The position numbers were made by a program, and so were the translations under genes. Shown in pieces: positions 59,033 to 64,000 of a DNA stretch of 64,000 nucleotides (positions within the stretch are counted from its first letter, which is position 1; every line of letters starts with the position of its first letter). Source of the DNA: a virus; IMG/VR virus record IMGVR_UViG_3300029953_000012, positions 36,201 to 100,200 of that record. One strand, written 5' to 3'. The notes below the pieces were generated by a model that ran no database searches, was not told the DNA's origin, and was given only the letters and a program-made list of their open reading frames with translations.

Positions 59033-61798
59033 TTACCAGATAACCGGGGTGGCGTTTGTGGTAAGATTAGCCATAACAAAACTGATGATTTGCTTGGCGT
59101 AATAAAGATGCCCTGCCGCATTCGGATGCGGTCCGTTGCCGGAGTAATAAGTGTAGGCCGTTCCCGAGCCGGGGACTAAATAGCTTCCCTGAATCCATGA
59201 GTCCGCCGCGTTTGGCTCTGGAAGAAGCACCGGCAATCCACACGTCGCCGCCGCATTGCTAATAATCAGGTCGGATGGCGCTTCCGAACCAACAGGGGAA
59301 GTGATTCCAGGGAATGGCGCAATGACGATTTGCTTGCAGTTTGGCAGAAAAGATTTGGTCAATAAATAAACGTTGGTCGCCGCCGCGTACAAACCATTTG
59401 TGGGGTCGTTTATGCCTTCCGCCCAAATAATGAAACTCGGGTGAAAGTTCAGAATACAGTTTGTTAGCCGCTGAATGATTGGAAGCCCGACCACTTGACC
59501 ATTGTAAATATTGGTCGCAATGTAACCCGTCCCGCCTTCCGCTTGAGGCACTAAGTTTATCCCTTGAGGCATCAGAGTATCCTGTAATATCGAAGGGTAA
59601 GCATCAGGACCGTCAGCACCCGAAGAACTACCGACCCCCGCAGTGATGCTGTCCCCCCCAATAATGCCGGTCGAATAGGGTTTTTGAACTGAAACAAAGG
59701 AGTTTGTCACCGGCTCAAACATTCCCACGATTGTTCCTCCCACTCCATGCACTTCAATGTGGTGAAATCCAAAGTTCGGCCACGTCAAAACTAATGAGAG
59801 AATATTCCCGCTTTGGGGCGTCAGAGTGACCCAATTTTTCTGGACTTCGGGAAGTGTGTCACTATTAAACCAATAAGGGCCGGAATACAGAAGCAGACCC
59901 AGACTATTGCCGATAAATTGCGTTTCACCCCTTAAATCGTGATTTTGTGGCGCGTATGGAGCACCCGGTGGACCCACATCAGACCAACCCGTTAGGCCAT
60001 TAACCGCGCCAAACGCAAGATAGTTTGTTAGATAACCACACCAGTACGAAAAATATGGTGAATTTGTCAGGCTTAAATTTCCTCCGTAAGTATTGCCGCT
60101 GATTGTATAACCAAACCAGTTTGTATTCCCAAAATAACCGTATGTGGTATAGCTCGCGTTCGTTTGTACCACCGTTACCGTTACACCGTTTTGTTGGCCT
60201 AATTGTCCAACAAGGTTATAGCCGCTCAAGTTCGTCAACCCGCCGCCGTTGCCACTCACGTTCAGCAAAACAGCATTCGTTATTACCAGCGTGCCTATTC
60301 CTCCCACCAGAGCGCCCGCGTTCACATTTGTAAGCCCGTTGCCGTTGCCGGTGAAGGTGCCATTAAAACTACCATTAAGGTTGGCCACACTATTTGTAGG
60401 GATAAATAGCTCAGGCCAATTAGCCATCATTGCTGCTTTAATTCTTTGAGCGATATTATAATGACCTTCGACATTAGGATGCGGAAAAGCTGAACCATAA
60501 TAAGGGTCAGTAAGTGTAATGGCGGTACCGTTTACAATTGAACCTACATTAGCATTACCCGTTATTAGTGCTGGACTAGTATAGTCAATAAATTGATTTG
60601 AAGAAGTTATAAACCCAGAAGCCAAACCAGCGGCTCTTATAATCTGAGTAGCTAACCAAGTATTATCTCCCGGATTTGACTGTTGACCTAAAGGCATTTC
60701 ACCGCCAAGTAATCTATTTTGATTTGGGAATAAGGCGACAATATTTGTCATAGCCATATAACAATAGGTATAAAGAGTATTGTTTGTTAGGATACTATTA
60801 GTTGCATAACCCCCATCATTAGAAAGGGAAATTATCATATATTTAGGATTTAAAGTTTGCATATCCACAATTCTTCCCCACAAATTCGTTCTTGGTCCTG
60901 ATGGGTCAGTATTTACCCAACCAGTACCACCTTCTCCCATATTATTAATCCAAATATTTTTACAATCAGGGTCGATATTCAAATAATCAAAATAAGAACC
61001 ATTACCGTTAGGTGCTCCAGTTCCTTCTGTTACACTATCACCCCATACATAAACGGGTGTTTTTGGTAGCAACGGTTCAATGGCAAATTGTACTGGGGTT
61101 TCAATCCCGATACAAGTACTGATATTTTTAATTATCACTGTATGCCAATTAGTTGTATTTAAAGTGACTGTAGTTAGCCATTCTAATGCACCATCGCTTG
61201 GTATAGCATAAGAGTATGGATTGTTGTCGGCGTACTGTACAATTCCATCTACAATTATCATAGGTGTGCAATTCCCAGTAGGAAAATGGTCTATTGCGAA
61301 AACATTTCCATAAAATCTAAAACCTAGTGAAATCTGAGATATATCCTCAAGACCTACACCAACAAATTGTAGATATCCAGTTATGGCATTTGTATTTGGA
61401 TAATAAACTCCATTTTTTCCATTTCCCGGCCCTCCATAAACAAACCATCCATAAGAACCCAAAATAGTAAATGGATTTGTGGCTAAATTATATGGTGTGA
61501 TATAATACTCGGTCCAACCAGACGGAATAGTGGATGTCGCGTTGGTGACAATTGAAACTATTTCGGGGGAATAAGAAGGTAAACCAGTTAAAATCAAATT
61601 AGTTGACTTGTTTTGTACCGCCCAAGTACTTAAATTTCCTCCAGTGATTTGTTCTGTATTCGTACCGCTCGCAACTAAAAATGTCTCGTTACCATTTAAA
61701 GAACTTACCACTGGATAGTTCGTCCAAATACCCCCAAAACATATTCCCGTTAAAAACAAGGTGGCAAAGATTGTTGAAAAAATTTTTCTTATATTCAT
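59033..61798 (-). CDS. Signal-peptide-bearing protein with two SGNH/GDSL esterase domains
   Basis: Start revised to MNIRKIF at 61798 (the track's GTG start is the promoter motif). Domain 1: WGDSVTEG/GEGGTGW/SND/HPN..GH. Domain 2: GGDSITAG/AEGGTGY/GIND/HPN..GH. Confidence 0.8.
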   Translation of the reverse strand: MNIRKIFSTIFATLFLTGICFGGIWTNYPVVSSLNGNETFLVASGTNTEQITGGNLSTWAVQNKSTNLILTGLPSYSPEIVSIVTNATSTIPSGWTEYYITPYNLATNPFTILGSYGWFVYGGPGNGKNGVYYPNTNAITGYLQFVGVGLEDISQISLGFRFYGNVFAIDHFPTGNCTPMIIVDGIVQYADNNPYSYAIPSDGALEWLTTVTLNTTNWHTVIIKNISTCIGIETPVQFAIEPLLPKTPVYVWGDSVTEGTGAPNGNGSYFDYLNIDPDCKNIWINNMGEGGTGWVNTDPSGPRTNLWGRIVDMQTLNPKYMIISLSNDGGYATNSILTNNTLYTYCYMAMTNIVALFPNQNRLLGGEMPLGQQSNPGDNTWLATQIIRAAGLASGFITSSNQFIDYTSPALITGNANVGSIVNGTAITLTDPYYGSAFPHPNVEGHYNIAQRIKAAMMANWPELFIPTNSVANLNGSFNGTFTGNGNGLTNVNAGALVGGIGTLVITNAVLLNVSGNGGGLTNLSGYNLVGQLGQQNGVTVTVVQTNASYTTYGYFGNTNWFGYTISGNTYGGNLSLTNSPYFSYWCGYLTNYLAFGAVNGLTGWSDVGPPGAPYAPQNHDLRGETQFIGNSLGLLLYSGPYWFNSDTLPEVQKNWVTLTPQSGNILSLVLTWPNFGFHHIEVHGVGGTIVGMFEPVTNSFVSVQKPYSTGIIGGDSITAGVGSSSGADGPDAYPSILQDTLMPQGINLVPQAEGGTGYIATNIYNGQVVGLPIIQRLTNCILNFHPSFIIWAEGINDPTNGLYAAATNVYLLTKSFLPNCKQIVIAPFPGITSPVGSEAPSDLIISNAAATCGLPVLLPEPNAADSWIQGSYLVPGSGTAYTYYSGNGPHPNAAGHLYYAKQIISFVMANLTTNATPVIW

Positions 61799-61825
61799 AT
61801 AGATATAATACACTGATTTTGATTT

Positions 61826-62086
61826 TTAATTGACATTTATGATTGGATTGCCATTTCCATCCAAGATATACTGTCCATTATCATCAATAGAAAACGCCCC
61901 CACAAACAAAAAGCCTTTTTTAATGAATTCGCGGTCCCATCTCTGGATAAGATATGATGCATCAATAGAATTCACAAAAGAATAATAAGAAGCCGCTTCT
62001 TGGGCAAAAGATGGCCAATCTGCTGCTACAAAAAAAAACTCATGCAGCCTTGTTTCGAAATCTTGGAATGTCCCAGAAATATACAT
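61826..62086 (-). CDS. Small protein, paralog of 62090-62320
   Basis: MYISGTFQDFETRLH...RWDREF.K.G. Confidence 0.6.
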   Translation of the reverse strand: MYISGTFQDFETRLHEFFFVAADWPSFAQEAASYYSFVNSIDASYLIQRWDREFIKKGFLFVGAFSIDDNGQYILDGNGNPIINVN

Positions 62087-62089
62087 ATT

Positions 62090-62320
62090 TTACCCATTCG
62101 TAGGAATAGATAAGGCGGGGGTTGAATAATATTTTTCACTATTAAGAATGGTTTCGCCTATCTTCTGGAATTCGTTATTCCATTTTTTAAGTTGGGCGGC
62201 GGTAATTTGGCCCGAATACCCCGACCCTTCGACTAAAAATCCTGTTGTGAAATCACTCTGGCCTGTTGGCAACTGGTGAAGCCTTTTCTCGAAATCCACG
62301 ATTGAACCTGTGATATACAT
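62090..62320 (-). CDS. Small protein, paralog of 61826-62086
   Basis: Start revised to MYITGSIVDFEKRLH at 62320, 11 nt after GTGTAAATA (62332-62340). Confidence 0.6.
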   Translation of the reverse strand: MYITGSIVDFEKRLHQLPTGQSDFTTGFLVEGSGYSGQITAAQLKKWNNEFQKIGETILNSEKYYSTPALSIPTNG

Positions 62321-62473
62321 TTTTTCAAGGGTATTTACACATATTAACGCGGGATTGACATTTAAAGTATAATTAGGAGAACTATACAAGGCAAAAAAGA
62401 TGATTTTCGTATAATTAGATTTAGATTTTGATATTTTTTATGTAATTAGAATTTTCGACCGATTGGAATAGGG

Positions 62474-63076
62474 TCATCCCGGAATTTTTGTCTCTTGATT
62501 TCTCAAAACCCCCAAAGCCTCCCTAGATTTCAGAAATTGCGGGGAGAACGAAGGCTTAAGATTCCGGTAGTGGTTAATTTGGCTTACCTCCCCTAGATTA
62601 TTTAAATCGAAATCATTTATAGGACGGATTAAACGAATTTCCCAAACCTTACCATAGTTTTCCCAAGTCATTTCGGGAAGGAATAGTGATTCAAGGTAAA
62701 CCTTTAATTCTTTGGTTTTTAGGCCAATTTTGCTTTTGAATTTAGTCTTGTCGGCGAGGCGTTTCCTAAGATTATGAGGGATTTTTGTCCAAGGCTGTTT
62801 GTTATAGATTTTAATATAAGCTAAAAGATAAGGTTTGATTTTTTCTTTGTTTTTTAAATACCGTTCCGACAAATATTTGGTTTTTTTTAGTTTGGTTTCT
62901 AAATCTTGGGTTTTGTATTTTATTTGTTGTTTTGTTTTCGTACAAGTGATACAGTAGCAGGCCATACCATCAGGACAAGACATTTGAATTCTAAATGAAT
63001 CATATGCCATTTCTTTTTGACAACAAGTACAAATTTTAAATAAAACAAATTGTTTAGGTTGTTTTGGTTTGGACAT
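62474..63076 (-). CDS. Degenerate HNH-type endonuclease with an N-terminal Zn finger
   Basis: 'LESLFLPEMTWENYGKVWEIRLIRP...NHYRNLKP' aligns with the neighbour, but the catalytic DH is replaced by RL. Confidence 0.7.
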   Translation of the reverse strand: MSKPKQPKQFVLFKICTCCQKEMAYDSFRIQMSCPDGMACYCITCTKTKQQIKYKTQDLETKLKKTKYLSERYLKNKEKIKPYLLAYIKIYNKQPWTKIPHNLRKRLADKTKFKSKIGLKTKELKVYLESLFLPEMTWENYGKVWEIRLIRPINDFDLNNLGEVSQINHYRNLKPSFSPQFLKSREALGVLRNQETKIPG

Positions 63077-63614
63077 ATGTATCACTTTTCTTTAGGTTGT
63101 CTGATGCCCACAAGGGCTGTAAATTAGTATAATGATTAATAGCTAGTAAGTCTTCTTGTTTGGTAACATCAAATAATGAACAAGGTTTTATATGGTCCAC
63201 GTGCCACATTTTTCCATAATTTTCCCAGTTCATACCATCTACAAATCTAGCTTCCAAATGATTTTTTAATTCTGTATTATTACAACCAACTAATTTATTT
63301 TTACCTTTATAATGTTTTTTAGTTGGGTTATTAATAGCTTGTTTGAGGAATTTTCCTAGTCTTAACCTTAGAGATTTACGAATTCTTTTTATACCAGAAA
63401 GGTTTTTAGCTCTTTTTCTGTAATATTCTCTTCGAGCAAGATATCGTCTAACACTCGCAAGTGTTTTTATACTCAAATTAATCATACATCCCTCACATTC
63501 AGATTCAGGTTTCCAATAACTCCAACGATAGTAATAAGAATTTTTTTTTCTTTTCCCTAATCTTTCTTTTTTAAGGCATTTTGGACAGTAATCAAATAAT
63601 AGTAATTGTTCCAT
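63054..63614 (-). CDS. HNH endonuclease
   Basis: 'LEARFVDGMNWENYGKMWHVDHIKPCSLFD...NHYTNLQPLWASDNLKKS'. TATAAT lies 5 nt before the ATG. Confidence 0.85.
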   Translation of the reverse strand: MEQLLLFDYCPKCLKKERLGKRKKNSYYYRWSYWKPESECEGCMINLSIKTLASVRRYLARREYYRKRAKNLSGIKRIRKSLRLRLGKFLKQAINNPTKKHYKGKNKLVGCNNTELKNHLEARFVDGMNWENYGKMWHVDHIKPCSLFDVTKQEDLLAINHYTNLQPLWASDNLKKSDTYVQTKTT

Positions 63615-63912
63615 ATCATATTATATAATAACCCCCTAATTTTATGAAAAAATACTTTTAAAAATTTTACATTGTCGTCCATTTTTTGCTCGAATGGATT
63701 GAATGACCTCCAAAAAGTTAATAGAATTTGACATTTTACTTCGGTAGCAAAATAGGTTTGTCCATTTTTTGGTCTCGTTAATATTACTTTCTCCTAAATT
63801 CTTCGGGGAGAGCTAGATATTACCCGTGGGGCGCTGCGGCGACGATTAGTTTTTCTAATTTTTCAAGATATTCGGGGGGGGTTATTAGTTGGCATGATAC
63901 TTGTTTTATGGC

Positions 63913-63943
63913 AATAAGAAAGCCTGATAGTTTCCTATCAGGC
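63913..63943 (-). terminator. Rho-independent terminator for a transcript entering from the right
   Basis: GCCTGATAG-GAAA-CTATCAGGC followed by TTTCTTATT, with a GNRA tetraloop. Confidence 0.7.
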
Positions 63944-64000
63944 ATGTTTTAAAATAATACGGTTTACAACGACATTAAATTTTCTTCATCGTCGCGCAAT

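Noticed and set aside
63889-63904. sigma54-like promoter TTGGCATGATACTTGT
   Set aside because: Single copy, the -12 GC is GT, and no downstream gene is visible in the window.
1-64000. Stop-codon reassignment (alternative genetic code), as in some large phages
   Set aside because: Standard code 11 gives long intact ORFs tiling the window, with no fragmentation of terL, portal, MCP or TMP.
1-64000. CRISPR array, tRNA or rRNA genes, DGR or retron reverse transcriptase
   Set aside because: By eye I found no repeat-spacer periodicity, cloverleaf, or YxDD RT ORF. Intergenic gaps are short.

Overview
A 64-kb segment of a large, AT-rich tailed dsDNA bacteriophage. No tail sheath is recognisable and the tape measure is 2212 aa, so it is probably siphovirus-like. 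The host is inferred, not shown, to be a PVC bacterium, possibly Verrucomicrobiota. Nearly the whole window is the minus-strand morphogenesis region. Reading from the right, it holds two HNH-type genes, a cluster of signal-peptide-bearing Thr-Asn-rich carbohydrate-active fibre-like proteins, PhoH, a Zn-ribbon protein, a phage sigma factor, an ERCC4 nuclease, terminase, portal, protease/scaffold, major capsid, neck and tail genes, tape measure and Ser-Gly-rich tail-tip proteins. The left end carries a plus-strand GT9 glycosyltransferase and a Rad52/Sak-like gene. Two free-standing homing endonuclease genes are inserted (GIY-YIG, and a LAGLIDADG fusion). Main observations: (1) two copies of an unrecognised ~95-nt pseudoknotted RNA motif with covariation (12268-12365 plus; 1993-2087 minus), each starting 4 nt after a late-promoter motif and ending just before an ATG; (2) a GTGTAATTA-type motif in front of about 17 late genes or RNAs, with a candidate cognate Cys-insertion sigma factor; (3) late-expressed, mosaic depolymerase/esterase proteins combining a Sec signal peptide with a shared fibre-anchor-like module; (4) strong Ser-Gly versus Thr-Asn dipeptide biases that may mark glycosylation. 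All calls are by-eye motif recognition; no searches or folding programs were run.
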